32,437 nucleotides of DNA. Source: Jimgerdemannia flammicorona. Lineage: Eukaryota. The notes beneath the pieces are model-generated. The model was not told the origin of the DNA, ran no database searches, and was given only the letters and a program-made list of their open reading frames with translations. Of the stretch, positions 11,301 through 24,018 are shown in pieces. Position 1 is the first letter of the stretch. The number at the start of each line of letters is the position of its first letter. Made by a program: the position numbers and the translations under genes. The stretch spans positions 1-32,437 of the forward strand of contig RBNJ01000347.1 in the NCBI GenBank assembly GCA_003990765.1, in the 5' to 3' direction.

Positions 11301-11600
11301 ACCTTTACGCTCATATCCGATTGCATCGTTGATCAGATTCTTTCGAGGACCATTGCGAAGGCTTTTACGTCTTCACATCCGATTTCATTGTTCGCCAGAT
11401 TCAATGAGGTGAGAGTTTTGTTGGTTTTGAGGACCATTGCAAAGGCTTTTACGCCTTCCGGTGAGCGTTTTGTTGATTTCGAAATGCCCTCAGCTCCCAT
11501 CTGATTATAGTTTTATCGATTTTGCGGAGGCTTTTGCGCCCCCATCCCCCATATTTTTGTTGGCAGATATAATAAGTGATGAGAAGATAGGCACTGGTAT
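11300..11600 (-). pseudogene. Ribonuclease-inhibitor-like (NLRC3-type) LRR relic, 5' piece
   Basis: Minus strand reads SSLIISANKNMGDGGAKASAKSIKL* and then EGVKAFAMVLKTNKTLTSLNLANNEIGCEDVKAFAMVLEKN. Confidence 0.7.
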
Positions 11601-13412
11601 CTTGCAACCTGTCGTCAACCTTATGACAGTGTTGAAGATCGTCCTCTATCCTGGCGAAAGCGCTCTTATTATCACGGCTAGTTAAGAACGAAGTATTCGA
11701 CTCACTTTTGCCTTTCAGAAAGTGGGTGCAATATTGAACACACAGTAATGGGGAAATCAGCGGTAGCGGAGTATAGGATAATAATATGGCTTTGCATGTG
11801 CTTATGTAACTCCAGAGATCAGATTCTGTCACAACTTTACATAAATATTTATTGCATTTTAAAACGCCTTCTGTTGGAGCGCGTGAGCAATATTATAGAC
11901 CGAGGAGATTTCAAATGTATAAAAAGCAGAAAAAAATAAAGAGAAAAAAGACGAACCAAGTAATGTTTTCTTTGACATGAGGTATGAATGGGCAGATTTG
12001 CTAAAGTAGTTAGGATGCGACTAAGCCTCCGTTGTTACACAAACGTCGTTTATCTCTAACCCCGCCGGCTAGCAATACAGCGGTTGGCACTAGAAGAACT
12101 CACTTATTTACGCACAATCCTTACATCAATTACGCATAATATCTTTCTCTTGCCTACTCTTTAGTACACCAATTTCGAATTCAGTACGGCTAATAATGCT
12201 ATGTTTGACACTTGCTCAAAGATTCTGTAAACACGCATTGTTTGCGGTTAAAATGTATCCTTGCGCGAAATGCTGGTGACGGGGGACGGAGACCATCTCG
12301 AAACAGATGATATGCATCAAGCAATTGTTTGACAACTCAACAAGGCTCGATCGGCCGGAAAGGAGCTCTGCCCTCGCGAGTCCATTGGATAATGACATGG
12401 AACGAACTGTCTTCAAGACGTGTGGACAATCCAAAAATATGGGTTCCGCTGCCGAGTCATTTGAGTTAATATCGGCCGGGATCTCAGATCGAATGGATTT
12501 TTGGCGATATCGCTGCACTGAGTGTTCCAAAGAAGTTTTATGATAGAGTAAGCCTGTTGCTTTAACCATGGAATCGGATCAAAGGATTGGCAAAAGACTC
12601 CGATCAACAGATTTCCGAGATACCACAAATATATGCAATTGAAAAATGCATCGTATCGTGCAAGATAATAGCTAGCCAAGATGGCTGACCAAGATGTTCG
12701 AATTTGAGAGAATTTCGCTCGCCATTGGAATAGAAGTACAGTTCACCCACGTCACTTGAACTAACCGCAATATCATGCATGCTAGGTATTTCCGGAGTTC
12801 TCGGTGATGCCAATTCCAGACGCTATGAATAGGCATTTTAGGTTAGGTGCAAATCATGTCGCTTGGTGTGAACGCGACGGCTGAGAAAAGTTTCTATTGG
12901 AGTAACTGATAATCTAAGTGAGCAACCAAAAAGTATTTAATCAGATAAAATGTAGTAAACGGCGTACATAGACAACCAGGGTTTAACATCCAGAGATACT
13001 CAAAGTTATCACGCATCTCTGGCAATTGGCGTGCCTCACTGTGGACGAGCTCTACGATTTCATGGTCTTCGAAAGTGGCTAGCGAAAAAAGTCACGATCG
13101 ACGAAAGGAATAAGGGACTGTACTTCACATTGGACCCCGCTATACGGGTATTGGGTGAAACCCGAACCTGATAATCGGGCTTAATGCGCCTTGACCACGG
13201 TGTTGCCAGATGATCGAAACCTAAAAGTGTCCTCCTTTTTCCCAAGGTGTACCGTCTCATGGCCTTTCTTTGCATTCCCAACGTGTATATATCTGTTACA
13301 CCGATAGCATATTGTCATCCGATGACGAAATCGTGCTCCGCCCACCGACGCTTGATAACCCGCTAAGGTCTAGCTCCTCTCTCTTGCCTCTTGACCCCCA
13401 CGGTGCCTCTCA

Positions 13413-16400
13413 ATGACGTCCATATTTTGTCCCTCGCTGGGCGACTTTGCCGTCGTTCCACCTACGCTCTCGCTGGTGTTTCTGGTATGCACAATCCACC
13501 TCCGCTTCCGGTCCCCAGAACGTCAGCCCGAAAAGGGCTCTGGCACCGCCTCCAGCACGCCGACCGATACCGTCGAGGCACCCAACGACAACTTATTCAG
13601 CGCTCATGGCAAACACGTGGATCCGACTCTCGTTCGAACATCGCTCCTCGTGCTCACGGTATATACCCTCAACAACCTCGTCCTGTGCACCTTCCTCACG
13701 GACGTGGCCATACTGGCCTTCTCTGGGACGCTCAGAGGAGAATGTCTCGGGAGTCTCTTGTATTACGATCTGGTCTCGAGTACAGCCTGGACTTTCAATC
13801 TGATCGGGCTGTATTTCGGGAAGGAAATACGGGGTAAATGGGGATTCCTGCAACACGGCTTTTGGTTCGGGGCGACATTGCTGGAATTGGGAGAGTTCGG
13901 AGTCTTGACCGGCAGGTTATACGGGGCACGGAGCGGTAAGTTGGTGGAATGCGGTGAATTCAGTTATGCGTTTCCTCCGTTCCCTTGATTTCAACTTACA
14001 ATCAACCCAATTTCCCCATCAGCGCTCGATATCTTGGAACTCTTTCACTACTACCTCTTCGCCTTCCGCGCCCTGTTTTTGGCCATCATCTGTGCATGTC
14101 TTGTGCTAAACATCCGCCGCCGCCTCCGAAAAGAATCTATCCCTAGTGCAACCTCCATCTCATCCATTTATGGCACGTTCAATGACGGCACTGAACCTAG
14201 AACCCCAGTGGCTCCCGCCACCGTGTCACACAAGGAAACGCCCAAGGTGGAGCAGTCGGCGTTTGCAAACTTCGGGCCAAAAATCAAGCAGATCCTACCA
14301 TTCCTCTACCCTGCAAAGGACCTCAGACTGCAGTTCATCGTACTCGTTTGTATCGGGCTGCTATTTATGGCTAGGGTACTGAATATTTTGATACCAATAC
14401 AGATGAAGCAGGTCGTGGATAGTCTTAGTACTGGTGATTGTGGGTATCATTGTTGAGGGGTTGAAATGGGTTTATTTATTTATTTTATTAGTTCTTAAGC
14501 TCTCATGAACTCAACTGATGTGTTTACAATACTCATACGTCTCAGCGTATTTTGCTTGGAATCAAATCATTATGTTATACGTCGTAAAGTTTATACAAGG
14601 CTCCGTAAGTTCTTCTCTCGCTCTTGGGATCTAAAATCCCGGAACTGGATGCCTTTATCATATTTTTTCGTTATTTACCTTCATATAATTTTAATCTAGG
14701 GCGGAATTGACGCTCTCCGAACCTATCTTTGGGTCCCAATCCACCAATACACGACTCGAAAGCTAAGCGTCAAGATACTCTCGCACCTACACAGCCTCTC
14801 GCTTGAATACCACCTAAATCGGCAGACAGGCGAGGTTCTTCGCATCGTCGACCGGGGCACGACCTCCGTCCAGGACATCTTCCAGAGCGTCCTCTTCAGG
14901 TTTCTTCCGGCAGTGGCCGATGCGCTGATCGGGGTCTCCTACTTCACGTTCGCATATGGCTGGTCTTTTGGGCTGATCATCTTCGTCGTTGTCATCTTCT
15001 ACGTCGCCTTCACAATTGGGCTGACGGAGCAGAGAACAAGATACTCACGCGAGTCGAACGAATTGGACCAGGAAGCAGAAGCTATGATAGTAGATTCTCT
15101 GCTTAATTATGAGACAGTGAAGTATTATACGGCGGAGGAGTTTGAAATTCGGAGGTATGCGAACGCTGTGGCCAAGTACCAAAAGCTGGAATTTCAGAGC
15201 GCAAATACGAATAATTTACTGTGGATTGGCCAGGATACGGTGATCAATGCGGGTTTATGCGTTGGAAGTTTGTTGTTGGTGTGGAGGGTTGTGCATAGAG
15301 AACTGACGGTTGGGGATTATGTGTTCTTCGGGCAGTATATCATGCAGATGTTTGGGCAGGTAGGTGGTTTTCCGTGACGTTTGAGTCTTGAGGATTTGCT
15401 GTTCCTGCCATTTTGTTGATTGCTCAGTGGCTTCGCAGTTCGGCATCCTCGGATGGATTTACATCGATATGCAACACAGCCTTGTCGACATGGAAAAAAT
15501 GCTGGAGCTACTGAAGGTTGAGCCGACCGTCAAGGATTCTCCGGACAGCAAAGCCCTTGTTATCACCGAAGGAAATATTGTCTTCGGTAAGTCATTACAG
15601 TGATTTTTCAGCTTTCGTGCCTGATTCCACCCGTGTTGAATGCTGAGGATTGTTCGGCATGTAACCAATCCCTATTGTAGACAACGTGTCCTTTTTCTAT
15701 GACCATCGCAACTATGCCTTGCGTAAAATCTCCTTCACAATACCCAAGGGAGCTACTGTGGCCCTGGTGGGGCCGTCAGGAGGCGGGTAAATACAGGACA
15801 TGACGTCGTCTTTTACTGTGTCTTTTGCATCAATATATCGACTCTTTCGTTTGATGCACGTTTTAACCATGCCAACCGTGGCATCTTAGCAAAACCACTA
15901 TTCTCCGTCTCCTCTTCCGCTTCTACGATGTGACTTCTGGCCGGATCCTGGTGGACGGACAGGATATCCGCACGGTGACCCAACGCTCGCTACGACAGAG
16001 CATTGGGGTCGTCCCGCAGGAAACATCGTTATTTAACGAAAGCATTATGTAAGAGCAGTAGACGGAGTCTTTTTTTTTTTTTTTTTTTTTTTTTGGCGCA
16101 ATTACTTTATGGAGGGAGAGGTATGATGCTAATCGTAAAAGGCCGGGATGTAGGTTCAACATTCGGTATGGGTCCTTTGATGCTACAGACGAAGAGGTGT
16201 ATGCGGCGGCCAAGGCTGCGCTTATTCACGATCGAATAGTTGCATTCCCTGATGGTTGGTTCGATTGATTTAGAGCTTCGTTGGAGGGTCATCGAGAGGA
16301 TACGGCGATATCTTGACACACTATGTACCATCCAGGCTACGAATCGATTATCGGCGAGAGAGGACTAAAGCTCAGTGGCGGAGAGAAGGTGAATAGTTTA

Positions 16401-17136
16401 GGTTTGAATGTCAAACATAGAAGTATTCTCGAATTCTTTGCTATCAGTACCAACCCACCTCCACCCTCTGCCCTGCATCTCTTGCCTAACTCAGCAACGA
16501 GTGGCTATCGCGCGCATGTTCCTCAAAAACCCGCCGATTTTGTTCTTAGACGAGGCAACCTCGGCACTAGACTCGACCACGGAACGCTTACTCCAGAACT
16601 CGCTGGCAACCATGACCAAGGACCGTACTACTATCGTAATTGCGCACCGACTATCCACCATCGTCGACGCTGATCTCATCTTGTGGTGCGTTTTTTGTAG
16701 AAGATACGTGTGAAGGAAGGGAAGGATTTTTTTTTTTTTAATGACTAGAACTAGTTTGTACGCGAATCTGATCCAGCATTGCTAATTTGTAGTATCAGCG
16801 ATGGACAGGTGGTGGAATCCGGCACACATGACGAGCTTATGCAAAGCGGGCAGAATGGAACGAGCGAAGGTATTTTTGAGCTTTTTACTCGAAAATCCTT
16901 TTTTTTTTTTTTTTTTTTTTTTTGGCTCATACAAGGTCATGCCTTCTCGGCGTGAAGCGTATGTTCACAATATCGATAAACCTGCTCAAATTCTCGAATC
17001 CATGCGTATCACACGATAAGGCATATACTACAAAATGTACCAAAAACAAACAAAGGATCGGGTCAAAACAACGTTGCAGACCGACGCCGTTGACGAAGTA
17101 TCAGACAACTCGCCGAGCGACAGAAATACCGTATAA
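13413..17136 (+). CDS. HMT1: Half-size ABC transporter, ABCB6/HMT1/ATM1 family, with an N-terminal TMD0-like extension (~867 aa, 12 exons)
   Basis: Exons: 13413-13935, 14023-14433, 14546-14604, 14700-15359, 15439-15586, 15681-15786, 15890-16048, 16154-16254, 16336-16388, 16495-16685, 16793-16869, 17021-17136. All introns are GT-AG and phase-consistent. Family motifs: [26 protein letters not shown] and [15 protein letters not shown] motifs: Walker A GPSGGGKT, Q-loop GVVPQE, signature LSGGEKQR, Walker [14 protein letters not shown]-loop IAHRLST. The symbol indicates the subfamily; orthology is untested. Confidence 0.9.
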
Positions 17137-18471
17137 AATGGCGGCTCTACAGAGCGAGAGGTCATGTCGCTGAAGTCGGTCACATAGCTTTTTCTTTTGG
17201 GAAATTTAAAAGGTTCTGTTACAACTAAACGTGCGGCCGTAAACTCAACAATAACGTTACCTACTCAAAATAAAGAAAAGGGTGCGCAATATGAATTTCC
17301 GGCCCTAAATTTATTTGATTTGATTTGAGTGGTTATCGCTTGAGTATGGCATTCAATTCGGCATTGGCGAACTTGCCAACGTATACATGATCCATTGTTA
17401 TACACTCGCGAGTCCTAGCAGCTCTACACAAAATGGAAACGCCCACACTGCTGGAACAATTATCTATCCATCCGAACCGGTGCGGGTGGTGTTCTTGGCG
17501 CGTGAATGACACTGTAGCATTCGGAATGTGAAGTTTTGAGGCGAATCTGGGTGGGAGGAGGGGGCTGATATAATTACTTTTGCGACAGGGTCAGTTCCAT
17601 GTGTTGCCCCCTTGATTCTCATTTGTGGGTCTGCATTGAATCACATCGTGACTGTCATCCACATCGTGACTGTCATCCCCAAGGGGCATCCAATATAATT
17701 TCTATTACACGGATGACGTCACCATGGTCACAGATATGAAACGAAAACGAATGGCCGTGAGGATGCCGGCCATTACCACATCCAAGAGCACGCCTCGTTT
17801 GGTAAGACAGTGATAAAATCGACGGATGGAATGTCCTATGACTCGTTTTGTATGCCAAGCCGATGCCATCATCATTTTTTTATTTTATTTTATTTTTTTT
17901 TCGGCCGAAAATGACCGAAATGCTTAAAGACCGAACTCATAATTGCGGTCATCGAAGCTTCCGCAACAATATTATTACTTGCTCACGTAATAGCGATATA
18001 TAGTTGTCGATAGCAATTCATTTTTGTATTGTTTAAATTGACCGACGAATTCCAACCCCTTTTGGAGCCCTGGATTATAATTACCTGCTGCAATTTCCGT
18101 CCGGGTCATATTTGGGTCGGCTGTTACGTTGACTTGCGATTTCAGTTAAGAGGCCTTAGTGGATGTTTACAAGAACTTGGAAAACAGAGGATTGCATCCG
18201 CTATATTGCGAATTTTGTATTAAGCTAGCTAGCACGATGTGTGTGTCAGCAAAACTAATTAAATAGTAGGATGGTTAAAAGTTTCTGGCCCAAAAATATA
18301 ACCCCGGTCAACTAAACTGCTTCATGAATGAATCATGGCGCTGAACCACAACTTCTGGAAAAAAAGAAAAAGATGATATTTATAGATTCCGAAAAAGAAG
18401 AATGGTTCTCATATGAAATGACAATACAAAACGACACACGTAATTAAACTGAATCTGATTCTTTGAGTTCA

Positions 18472-20018
18472 TCATTCACGACCTACAAATCGGTATTTTG
18501 CACCAGGCAGAAGGTTCACTGCCGGATACACTTTAGCCGGCAGTTTCTTCCAAGCAATGCCATAATTTATCCCATTGATCGAAAGAGCGCACGTCCGCGC
18601 CTTCATATCCAGGTAATACGTAACGATATCCCCGGGTTTCAAACACTTTCCGAAATTACGCAAGTCCGACAACATATATGCATTCTTCTCTCCATAGCGG
18701 GTGTAGCATGACTCGAAGCAATACACAGGCTTGACAGCGGCAATATTTTCTTCGAATTTGTCGAACTCCTCGCCAACGAGACCGACCTGGATAAGGAGCA
18801 TACTCTCGTACACGCCAGCTGACTCCACCACTATATCCCATTCGAATTTGTTAACGTCCTCAGATGCCATGAATGGTACCGTTATGCGCGCCGTGCGATC
18901 TTTGGGGCGTGGGGGCTTGGGGCAGGAGGGGAGCTCGACTACCATGCCGTCGTTGGAGATGACGACATCAGAGCCGAGATGCGTATGGTCCCATTCGTGT
19001 ACAGGGTGGCCACGTCGACGGGAGAGGTGTTCCGACGTGCATTGGGCGTCGGCCGGAGCGGCATCTGAATGGAGGGAAGCTTTTTCCGCCGAAACGTCGG
19101 AGAGAATGTCGATGGCGTTGGTGAGACACTCCAAGCGGTGCGGGCAGATTAGTGTGAGGTCAATGTAGCGCAGCATGGTGCGGGACGAGTTGTCCGACAT
19201 CTGGACATTGTCAACAGTTTCGCTAGGACTTGTAAGATTATTGAGGTGCTGCAGGATTCGATAGCGTTCCTCAGTAGCTGGTGCATTCTCTGCATGCCAC
19301 CATACCCACTCGACTACACACAACAATAGGGTATGCTCGGGTGTCTTGAACCCCGTGATTTGGTGGGTCACCTCGAGAAATTCCTCGAGGGCCTTTTCGG
19401 AAAGGCCGTCGAGACTCCCGAAAGAGAGCGGGCGGTGGCAGAAGGGCTTGAGTAAAACTTTGTATAGGTCCATGTTCATTTCGTTCGGGGGTTCAAAGAC
19501 GACGGCCGCGTTGAGCAACGTTGTTGCGCTTACGAGATCTATGACGTGTTTGAGTTGGTCTGCGATCATTGTTCCGAGTTTGGGGAGGAGGAAGAAGCTG
19601 GCGGCGCGGTACGCCTCCAGGGCCTGCAAATCGGGTTGAGAGAGGCTGATGGCTTCAGTGTGGATGTAATCGAGGACCACGCGCATGGTGTTTGATCTGA
19701 ACTCACGCAGAACGATCTTTTCGGAGGTCGACTCGCGCATGCGGCCATAAAGCATTGCCTTTCAAATCAAGATATAGCAGAAGATCAGATTAGCCCAAGA
19801 GGGTTATTCCAACAAGCAAATGACAAAAGACGTGGAAATGGCGGAAAGTCAACGATCATTACCTTAAAGACTACCGAGCGGGCGGCGACGATAGCGCGGC
19901 AAACACCGATCTCAATGCCGTCGGAGCAGACAAGAGTCACATCATGGAAGGTCGGATCAGTCAAGAGGCAGGATACATCGTCCTTCAGGCTGAGACCGCT
20001 GTCTGGTTGCTCGATCAT
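18472..20018 (-). CDS. BTB/POZ domain protein with a BACK-like middle region and a C-terminal SPRY/B30.2-like domain (~480 aa)
   Basis: Exon 1 is 20018-19863 (FHDVTLVCSDGIEIGVCRAIVAARSVVFK) with a GTAATG donor. Exon 2 is 19758-18472 (AMLYGRMRES...VVLDYIHT, completing the BTB domain). The C-terminus GDIVTYYLDMKARTCALSINGINYGIAWKKLPAKVYPAVNL is SPRY-like. Confidence 0.85.
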
Positions 20019-20796
20019 GGTTGGTAAAGGTGGAGCAGAACAGAGACGTGCATTTCCTTTGTTTGGGGCACGTGGTTTGTTCCAAATACGTATCCAAAGA
20101 CCACGGGATTTGCCTGATTCAGGGGGGATTAAAATAAACCCTTAAAAACCCTCTACGATGTGTCAGAGGCTAAAAATCGGCCTAACGGACCCAGACAGGG
20201 ATATTTATCACAATGGAAAATGGCAAATGGATTCAGCATTTACTGAGCTTCGTCGCCGAATGGTCCGTTTGTGAATCGTTCCAAGTGGCTGTTTCACTCA
20301 CCAGCACGCTACAGAAGGCCAACACGCTACAGAAGGGGGCGGGAGCAGGTGCGCAAGAGAGACTGACTCCGTCTTTCTATGACAACATAAATTTATAGAA
20401 GAAACAGGACTACTGACCGGAGAGTCCCAAGACACTCCGATGCTCGACAATGGTCCATTGCGACACAATCGGTTTTCATATTTATATATATATCTCAGAA
20501 TTAAAGCTCTTTATAGTCTAGCCTTATACAATTAATATATATACTTTGATAATATAACAATTATTATAGTTGATTATAAGCCATCCATTTTTCAGCCACA
20601 TGCGGTTGGTCACGTACAGTCACATGACGTCAGTCATGTGTATGAGGATGTAATTAATTTCGTAGGAAGGGTTAAAGTCGTCATTTAATTGATTTGTGGT
20701 AATTACAATTTGATGTTGTTTATGCTGAATTTCCCGCATGTAATTGACAACCATAATTACCATCCACAAAGCCTCTCCATCATCAAAACTCACCCT

Positions 20797-21678
20797 TCAA
20801 ATGGCATTGACGAAACATTTAGCAGAATTATCATCACAACAGTTATTCTTGATGGCCCAGTACAGTCCTCGCACATGTTGCAGGCGACGTGCTTACAGGT
20901 CCGTATTGGAGCACACCACGGACGGGCCGCAGCCTCTGCAGGCACCGAGGCCATTGCAGGCACCATAACCGTAGGGAAAGCCGAGGCCGTAGGGATATCC
21001 GGACCTCTTCTGCTTTTAAAGGTCGCGCTTCTTGAGGTAGGCACCGAGACCCCCGCAACCAAGGCAATAAGCAGCCGACACCGGCACAACCGTGGTCGAG
21101 ACACTCGGAGCCACAAACGCCTAGGCCATATTAGGCCATATGGAAGCCCGCACGTACCGAAACCCTTGTAAGCGCCGAAACCCTTGTAAGTGCTGAGACC
21201 ATAAGGGAGGCTACACGCCTAAACATTTGCAAGGGGCCCGCAGGCACCGATCATACAAGCGTCTTCGTACCGCTTCTCGACGACAGCCTCCGCGTCAACG
21301 CCGATGTTGCACTTGGCGACGATATTGAGTTTGTTTAGCTTGTCGTCCTGACAGTACTTGTCGTTGCTGGTGCAGTACCCCGTGTCGCAATCCTTGCACA
21401 CATTTGCACGCGACGTGCTTGCGATCCTCAAACGCTACATTGTGACAACACTGGTCGGCTTTGTTGCAGGCTGTATCGTAAGTTCACTGCGCACGGGGCC
21501 GCACACGCGCAGAGATTGCACCCGCCATATGCGCCCAATGGATAGTCGCATGCGCCGAGGCCGTCGCAACCGTACGCCGAGGGGATGGAGTTGGGATGGG
21601 AGTGGCGGCGCTGAGGCGGCCGAGAAGGGCTTGGGAGGCGAGGGTGAGGAGGAGGATGGTGGTGGACTGGTTGGGCAT
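20797..21678 (-). pseudogene. Frameshifted secreted Cys/Gly/Tyr-rich repeat protein with KR dibasic sites
   Basis: Signal-peptide-like start MPNQSTTILLLTLASQALLGRLSAATPIP. Across frameshifts it continues AYGCDGLGACDYPLGAYGGCNLCACAAPCAV / DTACNKADQCCHNVAFEDRKHVAC / NVCKDCDTGYCTSNDKYCQDDKLNKLNIVAKCNIGVDAEAVVEKRYEDAC... / ...GAYLKKRDL*KQKRSGYPYGLGFPYGYGACNGLGACRGCGPSVVCSNTD / KHVACNMCEDCT / IKNNCCDDNSAKCFVNAI*. Confidence 0.75.
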
Positions 21679-22351
21679 TTTCGTATTGGATGTGATGTGT
21701 GGAGTTTTGGTTGGGGTTAGTTGGAAATATGCGACAGTAATAATATGTTTAAGTTCTACTTGTGGTTTTAGCTGAACTAAGAATTGAGAAGTTGTGTGGA
21801 TGTACACCTTTATATGTTTCTACTAAACAAGATAACCCATTCGCTGTATTCTCCATGCATAAGTTTTCAATTTATCACTTCGTCAATACAGATGTGTGAA
21901 TGCCAAAATTCCTACTATCACCACTTGGCGTATACGAACTTCAATTGAGACCTTGACGTTTGCAAAAAAGATTCCTCAAAAAAAAAAAAAAAAAATCCAA
22001 AAAAAAAAAAAAAAAAAAAGACCGAGATATATTTCCCCTTATTATCTAACTCGTTATGCCCTGATTAATTGAGAATCCATCCTCAGAATGCGCTAACTCA
22101 GACCGAGTGATACTAACGGATACAAAATTCCCCCGAGGCAATACCAAAGCATTTTTAACTCGTCTGCACCTGATGTCGTTCTTCAATCAAGACTTTACTG
22201 GGCTTCCGTCCTTGCCGTCAAAAAACACCGCGCTATTCCACAGACTTCAACCCGCGCGAATCTAAGGACGACAAAACGGCGCAAAGTTAATGAGTCCGTG
22301 TGTTCCCCATTTCCCTCCTAGAACCAAACACCCCTCCTCCAATCCTGGTCA

Positions 22352-22630
22352 CTAAGTTACGCCCTGTGAAGCACTCAGCGAAGCGCGCAGGAAACCTTTG
22401 TCGAGCCCCCGCCCACCGTGCTTGAGTACAAGCTCTCCAAGGCCCGGGCATTTGACAGCGAGGAGTTGGTATATATCCAGGTACCTCAGTTGCGCATGGC
22501 GCCAGAGGTCCGAGATGCCAGTCGACAGTATGCTAGCCGCCGTTGAGGAGCTCCGAATAGCGGTACCAGTAGCGGAGAGTGAGGGAGTGGATAAGGGGAC
22601 AAAACTAGGTGAATTGGTCAACGGCAGCAA
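22352..22630 (-). pseudogene. Possible F-box/LRR-like gene fragment
   Basis: GC-rich, coding-like island reading LRYLDIYQLLAVKCPGLGELVLK. No complete gene model could be built. Confidence 0.25.
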
Positions 22631-24018
22631 AGGAAGATCATGGAGACGAGAGAGTCCAAGAGGTAGAGCCGAAAGTCGGAGATACTAAACGACCCCCGGT
22701 TGACGGACCACAGTTTCTTTCAAGTCGGTGGTCATCGAGACGCTTTGGGAGTTCCAGAGGCCAAGAGGAGGCTTTTGTGTTCAGGGGTCTCATATAAAAA
22801 TTTTGGTCTCGAGACCAAGCGGAAAGCCCTCAGAATGCCCGGCATGGCGAATTTGAAATGACTCAAACATAGTATATACATGAGGTGGAACAAATGGCCT
22901 GAGACATCAATTATATTACACAACCTTGCTGGCACCTTTGTGAAAGGGATCTCAATGCGGCGGATAAATACAGCTGGTCCAGACACACGAAGAGCATCGA
23001 AACGGCAGAAACGGCCATGCAAAAGGTTGCTGATCTAGAGGATAAATTTTATTAATTGTATTTTTGATATTCTATAATAATAGCGGTGATTAACTCAATT
23101 TCCTCATGAATTTGCTGCTGGGACGGCGTCTATACCTATTAATTACATTTCAGTCTCGATAAGGTCATATAATTATATTACCGATCGCCGTCGGGGGTGT
23201 TTGTAGTTTGGTTAAGTCATTGGGGAAGGAACCAGGGAAAAAAAGAAAAAAAAAAACAACATTGGAGCGGGTTTAAGTTTACAAACATTAATAATATAAG
23301 GGATTCATGAATGTGATTTGTAATTTTGTATTTAATTATGACGTGATTTGACAATCAATAACCAATGAGAATAATGAGAATGTGACATTTATGGTTACTG
23401 TTCAATCCAGATGCACCTCTCGCTTGGCTCGGTAATTATTTCATTTCCGCCATCTTTCTTAGCGCCAATTACAAATACAGGATTCGTTCCTTATAGGGAC
23501 CATCTCAATATATCTCAGGTGGCTCCAGGAACGCCACTGGCAAACATAAACGGTATAGATCCAAGCCATTGCACTGGAATTCTAGAGTGTCGTTCGACTA
23601 TCCGTAGGTCTAATCGACACGGAGAACCTCCGCAACAGGACAAGCGCCCGCGCGTATACCCACGTTGTTGTTGTCAGTAAGAGGACGGAGGTCTTATGCA
23701 ATGACCTCGTGGCCAAATCACGAACCTTTCTTGGCGATGTGCAACCATATTCAATGTTGACAATGTTGACGTCCCCGCGACCCTGCGGAATGTGTGGAAG
23801 AACGTTACGGTAGTATTGACCGGATAGGATATCCGTTTATCCATTGACAGCACAGTAATACCCAGATGGAAGTAGATGCGACTGTTATACAGAGATAGAC
23901 GACGTTTGTGTAACAACAGGGGCTTAGTCGTTTTTTTAACAAGCACGCATAAAGAATATAAATACACGGATCAGTCGGGTGTCCTCTTTTTCCATTAAAA
24001 AAAACCCCCCCAAAAATC

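Noticed and set aside
17642..17677. 18-bp direct repeat CACATCGTGACTGTCATC x2
   Set aside because: A simple local slippage duplication with no associated feature.
4560..21678. Heavy-metal tolerance island (metallothionein-like Cys-rich genes flanking HMT1)
   Set aside because: The Cys-rich loci are dead and one has a signal peptide, unlike metallothioneins. The transporter's GSH pocket is altered, and proximity alone is not evidence.
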